Source: Chiloscyllium plagiosum
Lineage: Eukaryota
Direction: 5' to 3'
DNA: 20,000 bases
NCBI RefSeq assembly: GCF_004010195.1
Contig: NC_057719.1
Span: forward strand, 71,721,275-71,741,274
A program made the translations under genes and the position numbers. Below are positions 1-8,784 of the stretch, piece by piece. Numbering within the stretch: the stretch's first letter is position 1; every line of letters starts with the position of its first letter. The notes below the pieces were generated by a model. That model was not told the DNA's origin. It was given only the letters and a program-made list of their open reading frames with translations, and made no database searches.

Positions 1-460
1 CACAGAGTGCTGCAAAGTTAATCTTTCTATCATCTGCTAAATACTGTCGACCATAAAGCGTTTACATCATTTACAATCAGTTGCTTTTGATAAGACAGTA
101 GCAAGCTCTGTCAATTGTGGCTTTCAATTAACCTCTCTGTAAATTTAACTTTGTTTCTGCGCACATACCTTTTAAAACAATTTCAATTTATTTGGTTTTA
201 TGTTACAAATATCTGCAGCCCTCTTACAATGACCCATTATCCTTCCCTGGAGATTGCTCTGAACCAACTGTTAAATGTCACTATAAAAAACCAATTCAGT
301 GTAACACAGAAAAAATATCTGAAGAGCTTCTACAAGACTCTCTATTGAAAAATAATCTGATAATTGAAACACAAATTGAAATTTCAAGAAAACCTTTATA
401 CGTAATTATATAAATAATGTTAAAACAATTTTAGACTGATTTTTTTCATGTTAAAACATT

Positions 461-612
461 GGTTTGGCTCAGTTTGTAGCATTCTTAGGGCTCCAGTCAG
501 AACCTTGAGTCACAAGTTTCATTTTATTATTTTACCACATAACTTAGCCTGCTGTCCCACAGTAAGAATGTGCCAGATTGTTGGAAGTGCTATACTTTAG
601 ATAAGACACTGT
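461..612 (+). mobile_element. Degenerate tRNA-headed SINE 5' part (DeuSINE/SacSINE1-like)
   Basis: A-box-like TGGCTCAGTTTGTAGCA, then ...CACATAACTTAGCCTG...GTTGGAAGTGCTATACTTTAGATAAGAC, resembling the recalled shark DeuSINE 5' region; heavily diverged. Confidence 0.55.
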
Positions 613-1044
613 TTGTAATTTATCATTGCAGTAATTACAACAGGCTTTTGGTCAACCACTGACCTGCATGCACGTCCTAGCAATTTAAAAATGTCAATCC
701 TTTAAAAGGGGACTGGATCAATTTCAGTTGAGAAGTAGAATTGAGGGTGACGAAAAGATATTTAAAGACACCAATTGATTTATCACTCCCACTACTTGGA
801 GCACATCACCATCACCATGCCCCTGATCCTCCAATCCCCAGTGAAATAAACACGTTCTCCCAAATTAGAGAGATCAGCAAGTGATGTGGAACAGAAATCC
901 ATGACAAAGAAATCTAACCTGGAGGTGTGTAGAGACAGAGTTGGTCAAGCAGATTACATTTTCTTTTCACTGTGATGGTGCGAGGAAAGGGAGGAAGGTA
1001 TAATGATTTTGTGTTCGATAAAGACTTGTGGTAACACTGTGATA

Positions 1045-1640
1045 ATTTGGTTATGTAATTGGATTAATAATCCCAAAGGCCTAATTTAATGATCCCAAGA
1101 CTTGAACCCAGCAGTGCAGGAATTTGAACTCAGTTAAATAATTCTGGAATAAAATACGAGCATTGACAAACAGTGGCCAGATTTTATGAATGCTTGTATT
1201 TACCAGATTGTCATAAAATTCCATCTGTTTCACTAATGTTCTTCAGAGAAACAGATGTGCTGTCCTTGCCCATTCTGCCCTGTCAAGTCACCATGATCTT
1301 TACCAGACTATAGGGCTGCTCTCATTAGAGAGAGACAACTGGTGGTGATATAACCTGACAGCCACCACACCTCAGGCGAGGGAAGAAGTTGAGAAGGATA
1401 TTCCTTCCAGTATAGGAAGTGAACCTACACTGTTGATGTCATTCTGTTTCAAAAACCAAATGTCTAGCCAACTAAGCTAAATTGACCACTCTGCCTGAAA
1501 GGTGACTGTAGACAAATATCAGTGTGGTGCACTTTTAACTGCTCTCTGAAATGACTGAGATAGCCAGCCACCCAGTTGTATTAAAGGCACTGATTAACCA
1601 TTACCTTCTCGATGACTAGCAGCAGCGGACAATAAACTCA
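1045..1640 (+). mobile_element. Old elasmobranch tRNA-derived SINE, interrupted by another SINE at 1281-1487
   Basis: Core TTCACTAATGT...GAAA is shared with the copy at 3077-3640; the sequence resumes after the insert (GTGACTGTAGAC...TTAACTGCTCTCTGAAATG...GGACAATAAA). Confidence 0.65.
1281..1487 (-). mobile_element. tRNA-derived SINE nested in an older SINE
   Basis: Minus strand starts GGTCAATTTAGCTTAGTTGG (A box); body CCTCGCCTGAGGTGTGG...TCAGGTTA...CTCTCTCTAATGAGAGC matches the copy at 14340-14537; probable TSD CATTCTGCC (1271-1279) / CACTCTGCC (1487-1495). Confidence 0.75.
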
Positions 1641-2459
1641 AAGCATGACCCAAACATGTGCATTACTATATTAAAAAATCCTGCTTCAATCAACCATTGT
1701 AAATCATAATAACTCTTATTCACTTCACTGATGTTTCTAAGACACTATCATGCATAATATGGGTGATTCCTTTATCTGCATAACAATTGCTGCAATTCAT
1801 TGTGGAAATGTTCAGATGTTTCAGAGAAAATGCTTATGAATACAATCATTCATTTCAGTGATGGCTATGGATTCTTATTGAAATTTCTCCAAAATGAGAC
1901 CTGTTGCTGTGATTCTTTAGTGTAAAACCAGAAATAAATTATTTCCCCATCACTTTCTCATCTTAAAGTTTCACACTATAGTACAATAATGAAAATCCAA
2001 TGGAAATGTTGGTGCAAACACAGAAACACACAATAATTTATCTTTGGGTTTTTGTGCTAATCATAACAAGAATCTCAATAGTGGAAAATGTTCCCTTTTG
2101 AGACACCAATGGTTTTAAACAGTCCATCATCTGCCCTGTTTCTTGCCAAAATAAATGAGGTTGTGAGCTACTGAAACTTGCATGGCACCTGTGAAACCCA
2201 ACTAGCACCAAAGCTACCTGATCCTGTTAAATAGATGGAACCCTGACAGGAGGCAGCTTTGATAGACTGTAATCCTATTCCAGTTGTAGAATTCCACTTG
2301 CAAATTGTCTGGTACAAATAATGGCTGCTCATAAATCTATCCCAGAAATATTACAATTTGTTTAGCGGGCCTGAGACAAATAGGGGCTGCAGGAAATACT
2401 CTGGCTCATTTGAGACTGTGCTGCAGCTGATCAGCACTTCAATACTCAGTAGATATGTT

Positions 2460-2545
2460 TAAATCAACCTAATCAGAGATAACAAATTTCCAAAACAGGT
2501 GGGACTTGAAACTGGGCCTTCTGGCTCAGCAATGCAGGCACTGCT
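2460..2545 (-). mobile_element. tRNA-SINE head fragment
   Basis: GGTGGGACTTGAAACTGGGCCTTCTGGCTCAG is the reverse complement of a B-box-containing SINE head. Confidence 0.45.
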
Positions 2546-2687
2546 TTTGGAGGTCTGCTCTCTCAGTTTGTGTCTTTGCTATTAAAGGTTACTTTGCTGA
2601 TTACAAGCTCTGTCCTTTATTGCAGTCATGACCAAAAGAGTTTAGCAAAACGTTCTGGAGATATACTTAAGCTGTGCCATTTATTGT

Positions 2688-2900
2688 AGAATCATAGAAC
2701 CTTACAGCACAGAAATAGGTCAGGTCAGTTCATTGTGCTGTTCCCTCTTTGTGAGCAAGGTATCAAATTAAACCTCCTCTTCTGCTTTCTCCACGTGGCT
2801 CTGCATTTCTTTCTACATCAGATTTTACCCAATTTCCTTTTAAAGTTATTCAAGAATCATACAAGCCCCCTGTTGGGCCATGGATTCCAATTCTAACATA
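2688..2900 (-). mobile_element. Old CR1-type LINE 3' end
   Basis: AGAATCATAGAACCTTACAGCACAGAA is a reverse-complemented CR1 microsatellite tail, followed by a decayed 3'UTR and ORF2 end. Confidence 0.6.
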
Positions 2901-3076
2901 TCACTCCATATGATGCCTGTTTCCACAGTAAATTAGTTTGTGGAGGGTCATTTTGTATTATTAAGTGTTGAAGGTAAACTGTAGCGTGCCTGCCAGGCAT
3001 GTACATTATCATTTTAGGAGCTTAGTGAATTTCTTCGTCAACTAAGTTATAGATCCAGAAATGTGTATCTGGATAT

Positions 3077-3640
3077 GGGGCGCAGTGGTGATGTTACTGA
3101 ATTAGCAATTCAAAGCTACAGGTTAAGTTTCCGGAGATGATATTCAAATCCCATCCTAGCATTTTTCAAACTTGAAATTAGTTTAAAACATATGTCATTC
3201 AAAAGCTGGTCTCAGTAAAATTATTCATTGGATTGTCATTTTTAAAAGCCCCCTTCATTCACTAATGTCGCTGAGGCAAGGAAATCCCATATCTTTATCT
3301 GTCTTACTTAGAAGTTAGAACTTGGAATCTGTACAGTGCAGAAGGAGGCCATTCAGCCCATCAAGTCTGCACCGATCCTCCTAGGGGCATCCAACCCACA
3401 CCTACTCCCTATCCCTGTAACCACCATAGCCAACCCACCCAACCTACACATCCCTGAACACTATGGGCAATTTAGCATGCCCAGTTCACCTGATCTGCAC
3501 ATTTTTGCACTGTGGGAGGAAACGGAAGCACCAAGAGGAAACCCACGCAGACACGGGAAGAATTTGCAAACTCTTCACACGTTGTGAAGCAGCAGGGCTA
3601 ATCACTGAGGACTTATATGTCACTCCAGATTCTCATCAAC
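3077..3640 (+). mobile_element. Old tRNA-derived SINE (same family as 1045-1640), interrupted by an HE1-like SINE
   Basis: GGGGCGCAGTGGTGATG head, TTCAAATCCC B-box remnant, TTCACTAATGTCGCTGAGGCAAGGAAAT core; resumes at 3610 with GACTTATATGTCACTCCAGA. Confidence 0.65.
3310..3609 (-). mobile_element. HE1-like V-SINE with an internally deleted head
   Basis: GGGCAATTTAGCATG...CTGCACATTTTTGCACTGTGGGAGGAAAC...AAACCCACGCAGACACGGG is the reverse-complemented V-domain; CR1-like tail; homologous to 11438-11737. Confidence 0.85.
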
Positions 3641-3802
3641 TATTTGCTGTAATGATATTAAAACTCTTATTAAGATCCTCAAAATTATCTCATACCATTT
3701 CAATGTGGTGTTAGTATCCACAGACCCCAATGCACAGGATTAAATAAATCAATGCAGCACATAAATGAAAAGATTAAAGTAATTGCTAAAATAATCTAAA
3801 CC

Positions 3803-3890
3803 CATGAGAATTTTTGTATGTATCATGTGGTTAGGATCTGGAATGTGCTGCCTAAAACGGTGATGGAGGCAGATCCCATTGTCGCTTTCA
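3803..3890 (+). mobile_element. CR1 ORF2 C-terminal fragment
   Basis: Encodes VVRIWNVLPKTVMEAD, matching the CR1 'RVVxxWNxLP' motif. Confidence 0.7.
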
Positions 3891-4875
3891 TAGGAATATA
3901 CCAGTTAGGAACAGGAGTAGGTCGATTGACCCTTTGAGCCCACTTCACCATCCTGTAAGATCATGGTTAATCTGATAGTAGCCTCAATCCAATATTCCCA
4001 CCTATATCCAGTAACGTTGGACTCCCTTGCCTTAAAAGGCTTCAACGTGTCCCATATCCACTGCTCTCTGGGGAAAAGAATTCCAAATACTCTCAACTCT
4101 GAGAAATAAAATCCTCCTCATCTCAAACTTCCATGGGAGATGCTTTTTTTAAAAAATGTGACCTCTAGTTCTCATCTTGCCTTCACAGGAAAACATTCTT
4201 TCAGCAGCCTCCCCTATCAAGTTTCCTCAGGATCTTTCATGTTTCAATAAGACAAACTCTTATTTTTCTAAACTCCAACGGACACGATAAATCCCCTATC
4301 TCCACCACCTCAGGTTTCAGCTAAGTGAACCTTCTGTGAACTGTTTCCAATGAATTTGCATTATTTCTTCAGTAAAGAGACCCAAACTGCACACAGTATG
4401 CCATATGTGGCCTCACCAACATTCAATCCAAATGTAACAAAATTCCGAGTTTCCATTCCATTCCTCTAACAGTAAACAATAACATTCCATTTGGCTTCTG
4501 AATCATTTGCTGATTCTTCATACTACTTCGGTCAGATTCATGTACCAGGACACCTTGGTCCTCCATACCTCGGAGTTCTGCAATCTTTCTCCATTTAATG
4601 AATATGCTGCTTTTCTATTTTTCCTGCCAAAGTGAACATGTTTACATTTCGTGACATTATGTTCCGCTTGGCAAAAAAACTGTTGACTCATTGAACCAAA
4701 CTATATCTCAGTACAGACTTCTTAGGTTTTCTTCACAACTTAACGTCCTACCTATCATCAGGAAATTTACCAACATGATTTATACAGGTCGGAACCAATT
4801 GAGGGCTACCTCTGAACCCTGTAGCACTCCACTTATTCCATCCGGAAAACACTCAAAGCACCAATATACACCCAC
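3891..4875 (-). mobile_element. 5'-truncated, decayed CR1 LINE (RT C-terminus plus 3'UTR)
   Basis: TAGGAACAGGAGTAGG tail; reverse-strand CR1 remnants (AAACTGCACACAGTATGCCA, CCCTGTAGCACTCCACT = GVLQG); multiple stops. Confidence 0.8.
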
Positions 4876-4879
4876 CCTC

Positions 4880-5715
4880 AGGCAGATGGAGGATAGTGTG
4901 GGGACAATGTGAAGTTGTATACTTTGGCAGGAAGAATGCAAAACAGAGTATACTTAAACAGAGAACAGCTACAGAATTCTAAGGTGCAGAGACATCTCAG
5001 GAGCTCCAGTGCATGAGTCAAAAAAAAAGTTGAAAATGCAGACTCAGCAAGTAATTAAGAAAGCTAGTTGAATGCTATCCTTTATTGTGAAAGGATAAGC
5101 CTATGGCAGGATGTTACACTTCAGATATACAAAGCATTGTTGAGACCATGTCTCAAACGCTGTGTGCACTTTTGATCTCCTTATTTCGAGAAGGATATAA
5201 AAGTCTGCTGGAGGCAGCTCAGAGAAGGTTCACTACATTGACACCTGGAATGGGAGAATTATCTTATGAGGAAAGGCTGGACAGGCTGGCCTTGTTTTCT
5301 TGCAGTTTAGAAGGCTGAGGGGGTGACCTGATTGAAGTATTTTACAACCTTTAACAATCTTGACAAGGTGAATGTGGCAATCATATTTCCTCTTGTGGGG
5401 GAGTCCAGAACTGGAGGGCGTTGTTTTAAAATTAGTAGTCATCCTCTTAAAACAAAGTGTGGAGAAACTTTTTTTTCTATCAGAGAGTAATGAATCTGGA
5501 ATTCTTCATCACAGAGGACTGTTGAAGCAGTGGTGTTAAGACTATTCAAGGCTGAGATAGATGAATTTTTAAATCAGAAAGATGATCAAGGATTGTGAAG
5601 GAAAGACAAAGAAGTGAAGTTGAGGGTTATCAGATCAGCCACGATTTCATTGAATGGTGGAGTTGACTTAATGGACTGAATTATCTATTTCTGTTCCTAT
5701 GTCTTATGATCTTAC
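4880..5715 (+). mobile_element. 5'-truncated CR1 LINE
   Basis: ORF remnant LLEAAQRRFTTLTPGMGELSYEERLDRLALFS; 3' tail TTCTGTTCCTATGTCTTATGATCTTA. Confidence 0.85.
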
Positions 5716-5863
5716 AGAGTATTGTTGATAAAAACAGACATGTCAGCAAAGGGTTTTGTTTTGCACACATCAGAACAGACATAAAAAAGCCAAATTTCAA
5801 ATGGAATGACAATTTATACTGCATGAGAAAAGGAAATCTATACTACATGATTGGTACACAGAC

Positions 5864-5998
5864 TGAAATTACGACACAGAGGCCGCTATCCCGTCACCAA
5901 GTCACCCTTTATTTACATGTGAGAAGTATACTGGCTGTGGCCAGCCAGCTCAGAGTCAGTCCCCAGACCTGAGAAGATTCTAAATCCCCTCTTCATAT
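5864..5998 (-). mobile_element. Short LTR, 3' (R/U5) half
   Basis: Starts TG on + (ends CA on -); minus-strand AATAAA at 5908-5913; GGGTGACTTGGTGACGGGATA resembles a recalled shark solo-LTR family; ends at the target-like motif ATCCCCTCTTCATAT. Confidence 0.7.
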
Positions 5999-6059
5999 TA
6001 TGTTTTCTAATCTCCTGGTTATTTTTTTGTCCAATTGAGGAAATCCTAATCTCCTGGTT

Positions 6060-6330
6060 CTCTTTTTTTTTTTAAATAGATTTTTTAATTAAAGACCCCC
6101 ACACTACCACATGACAGCAGCAGTGCTTACTTTTCTCCCCCAGCATCCATGTGGTGTGTGTGCAGGTGTGAGACAGTGGTAAAACAAGTGCATAAATCTT
6201 ATTAATTTTCCATCACCAGGAAGGAAAACACCCATGTGATCAGTGACAAGCAGTGTCCTTCTCAACAAAGGACAATGCATACATGATCGAAGTGAAAGGG
6301 TGGTTCGGGATTAAATCAAAATAGAATCAG
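6060..6330 (-). mobile_element. Non-autonomous poly(A) retroelement, copy A
   Basis: T-rich tail on +; homologous to 7011-7251 and 7574-7843; invariant end GATTAAATCAAAATAGAATCAG (6309-6330) followed by CTCCCCTGGTT. Confidence 0.85.
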
Positions 6331-6350
6331 CTCCCCTGGTTATTATTTTT

Positions 6351-6952
6351 GCAAGCTTGCCCTGCATTGCTTAGACCTTTGAGTATCGGAGCAGGATGTC
6401 ATGTTGAGGTTGTAGTGGATTGGTGAGGCTTCTTCTGCAGTGTTGCATCCAGTTATTGTCACCCTCTAATAGGAAAGATATTATTAAGCTGGAGAAGGTT
6501 CAGATAAGATTTACCAGGATGTTGCTGGAAATGGAAAGTTTGAGTTATAAGGAGAGGCTTGACAGGTTGAAACGGTTTCCTCTGGACCGTAGGAGATTGA
6601 GGGGTGACCTTTATAGAGGTTTATTAACTCATGAGGGATATAGATAAGGTGAATGTCAGGTATCTTTTCCCTAGAGAGGGGGTTTTCAAGACTGGGGTCA
6701 TATTTTTAAGGTGAGGGCAACTTTGTTACAAAGAGAAGTTCATGTGTAGAATGAATGTCCAGAAGAAGTGGTCAATGCAGGTACAGTTACAACATTCAAA
6801 AGAGATTTGGAGAAGTACATGAACAGGAAATGTTGGGGGAATAGGTAGGACTGGTTTAGCACTGACCGGTAGGACTGGTTTAGATTGGGATTATGGTTGT
6901 CATGGACTGGTTGGACCAAAGTGTCTGTTTCCATGCTGTATGACTCTATGAC
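6351..6952 (+). mobile_element. 5'-truncated CR1 (HER1-like) LINE inside the array
   Basis: ORF 6420-6647 KDIIKLEKVQIRFTRMLLEMESLSYKERLDRL...RLRGDL; tail GTTTCCATGCTGTATGACTCTATGAC. Confidence 0.9.
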
Positions 6953-7015
6953 ACTGATCCAGCTCCCACAGAGCCAGCTGTCAAGAGTGACAGGATGCCT
7001 GACCCTCCTGTTTTT
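6949..7015 (-). repeat. LTR R-region fragment
   Basis: ACACTGATCCAGCTCCCACAGAGCCAGCT...GACCCTCCTGTTT is homologous to 7506-7580 and more distantly to about 5930-5992. Confidence 0.65.
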
Positions 7016-7251
7016 CCTTTCTCCCCACCACCCTACCACCTAACAGGGGTAGTGCTTATTTTCCCACAGCACCCATTCCGTGTATGTGTGCAGGTGTCAG
7101 ACACAGTGAAGAACAAACAAGCGTGTAAACTTTTATTCATATTCGACCACTGGGAAGAAAGGAAACACCAGAGTGGCCAGTAACAAGCAGTGCCCTTCTG
7201 GTGATCAAAATTTAAAGGGGGTAGTTACAGATTAAATCAAAATAGAATCAG
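7011..7251 (-). mobile_element. Non-autonomous poly(A) retroelement, copy B
   Basis: Same body (GTGTGCAGGTGT.AGACA, AGT.ACAAGCA.TG.CCTTCT); invariant 22-mer at 7230-7251, then ATCCCCTGGTT. Confidence 0.85.
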
Positions 7252-7262
7252 ATCCCCTGGTT

Positions 7263-7505
7263 ATACTTTTTTTTCCTTTCTTTCTGCAAACAGAAAGAAA
7301 ACCCAGAAAAAAGAATCTCAATAAGTAATAAAGAAAAACAAAAAAAATCAAAACAAAGTCTACCTGAAACAAGGGGGAAGAGACAAAAAAGGAAAACTTT
7401 CCTCCTCGTTTGGAAACACCAACAGCAGTAATAGGACACATTGAACTGCATGGACCACACAGTCAAAGATCAGTTTCCCCCCTAACCCCTCAACAAAAAA
7501 TGAAC
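7263..7505 (-). mobile_element. Probable L1/Tx1-type 3'UTR fragment
   Basis: Begins with a T-run directly after the target motif; the minus strand is T-rich like L1-clade 3'UTRs; no ORF recognised. Confidence 0.5.
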
Positions 7506-7580
7506 AGTCCTTCACACACTGATCCAACTCCCTCACAGCCAGCTCTCAGAGTGAACAGAGCCTCTGACATTCCTTTTTAT
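7506..7580 (-). repeat. LTR R-region fragment
   Basis: AGTCCTTCACACACTGATCCAACTCCCTCACAGCCAGCTCTCAGAGTGAACAGAGCCTCTGACATTCC; homologous to 6949-7015. Confidence 0.65.
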
Positions 7581-7843
7581 TTCTTTTTCTTTTTATTTTC
7601 CCCCTACACTGCCACCTAACTGCAGTAGTGCTTATATTTTCCCCAGCACCCCATGGTGTGTGTGTGCAGGTGTGAGACACAGTGAAAGACAACTGGTGTA
7701 CAAACCTTTACTCAATTTCCACCACCGGAAAGAAAGGAAAACACCTGAGTGGCCAGTGACAAGCACTGCCCTTCTCAAAGAGCAATGCTGTGTGATCAAA
7801 GAGTGAGGGGGAGTGGTTAGGGATTAAATCAAAATAGAATCAG
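7574..7843 (-). mobile_element. Non-autonomous poly(A) retroelement, copy C
   Basis: T-rich tail, shared body, invariant 22-mer at 7822-7843, then degenerate target ATCCCTGCTTTA. Confidence 0.85.
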
Positions 7844-7851
7844 ATCCCTGC

Positions 7852-8192
7852 TTTATGTGGAACACAAACCAGTTCAACAGACAATGAGAGACGTTACAGT
7901 GAGCTGGAATTTAAAATGGGCAATAGCCCCACATGCAACTTTCAAATTTGAAAACACACAAATACTCTCAGAACCTGCTACAAAGCACTCTGACATTAAG
8001 CTGCAATGCACCCATATTCAAAAGCACACTGATCCAACCCCTGCAGCTACGGAGGATATCACCAAACAACAACGATTAACATGCAACAGCGACAAAGTCG
8101 CACACTGCATTCAAATCAGGGAGGACTCGAACCTCCAACCATCTGATCCAACGTCAGATGCGTTATTCGTTATGCCACTGGCCCCAATGGGC
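7852..8192 (-). mobile_element. tRNA-Arg-headed SINE
   Basis: tRNA-like head at 8184-8112, ~260-bp unrelated body, bounded by target motifs at 7844-7855 and 8193-8208. Confidence 0.75.
8112..8184 (-). pseudogene. tRNA-Arg-derived sequence (SINE head, not a functional tRNA)
   Basis: Reverse complement GGGCCAGTGGCATAACGAATAACGCATCTGACGTTGGATCAGATGGTTGGAGGTTCGAGTCCTCCCTGATTTG (73 nt) is colinear with vertebrate tRNA-Arg(ACG) GGGCCAGTGGCGCAATGGATAACGCGTCTGACTACGGATCAGAAG...; anticodon stem TCTGA/TCAGA, T stem GGAGG/CCTCC and B box are intact; anticodon loop and acceptor stem are mutated. Confidence 0.85.
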
Positions 8193-8208
8193 CTCCCCTG
8201 GTTACATT

Positions 8209-8583
8209 TTATTTTATTAAACAATTACAAAACAGTTTACAAAAAACATTAACAGCTGTACACAAGAGACAGCAGGTTTACAAGGGAGAGGAGCAGCAAA
8301 GCTAGGCCCCAAACCCTACCGTTCAACCATTTTACAGGGAGAGGAGGACAAACCGCAAATCCCAGTTCCACATATGACAAGACAGTAACAAGGACATTTG
8401 TACATTAGACAATACTGTTACATACAAAAGTGCAGACAATACAAGCCCAGCAAGCCCCCACCCCTCCCACCTTCCGACCACTAAGGCAGCCCACCCCTAC
8501 CCACCTTCCGGTTCTCGGTCCACCCCATGCCCCTTCCAGTTAGCAGTCTGCCCTGACACACCTTTCAACCACCTCTAGGCCAG
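8209..8583 (-). mobile_element. L1/Tx1-like 3' fragment with a perfect 16-bp TSD
   Basis: CTCCCCTGGTTACATT at 8193-8208 and 8584-8599; minus strand ends ...TGTAATTGTTTAATAAAATAAAA. Confidence 0.75.
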
Positions 8584-8691
8584 CTCCCCTGGTTACATTG
8601 GTCAGCAAGGCTTTCCTGATTGGCCTCCAGGTTAACAATGCCAATCAAGAACCTCGCAGTCAATGAGGTCCAACTGATTCCAATTACTACA
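8584..8691 (-). mobile_element. Short LTR, 5' (U3 promoter) half
   Basis: Minus strand begins TGTAGTAATTGG; two opposed CCAAT boxes (GATTGG 8618-8623, CCAATC 8641-8646), then AATGTAACCAGGGGAG at the TATA position. Confidence 0.7.
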
Positions 8692-8784
8692 CATGAGGAC
8701 ACTGATTGGCCAAGATTCTGCCATCAAAAATGTACCAGGATAATGTTATCCCACAAGCTTTTGTTTTAAATTCAAAACAAAAAG

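Noticed and set aside
115..413. Two overlapping short ORFs
   Set aside because: AT-rich chance ORFs with no recognisable similarity
655..945. Possible minus-strand exon after a pyrimidine tract and CAG at about 920
   Set aside because: The open frame is short and unrecognisable; no independent support
3891..5715. Single CR1 with a twin-priming inversion
   Set aside because: Both arms have their own 3' tails and overlap in RT coverage, so they are two separate head-to-head copies
8112..8184. Functional tRNA gene (loop reads TTG, as for Gln)
   Set aside because: Backbone is Arg-type, U33 is replaced by G, the D-loop GG is lost and the acceptor stem is mismatched
7857..8252. 131-aa ORF
   Set aside because: It is the antisense reading of the tRNA-headed SINE and crosses the target junction
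6007..8599. Recurrent short repeats read as a CRISPR-like array
   Set aside because: Eukaryotic context, very unequal spacer lengths, spacers are poly(A) retroelements, and there are no cas genes
5859..8696. TSD flanking the split LTR
   Set aside because: Flanks CAGAC and CATGA do not match, so I cannot show the two halves come from a single LTR insertion
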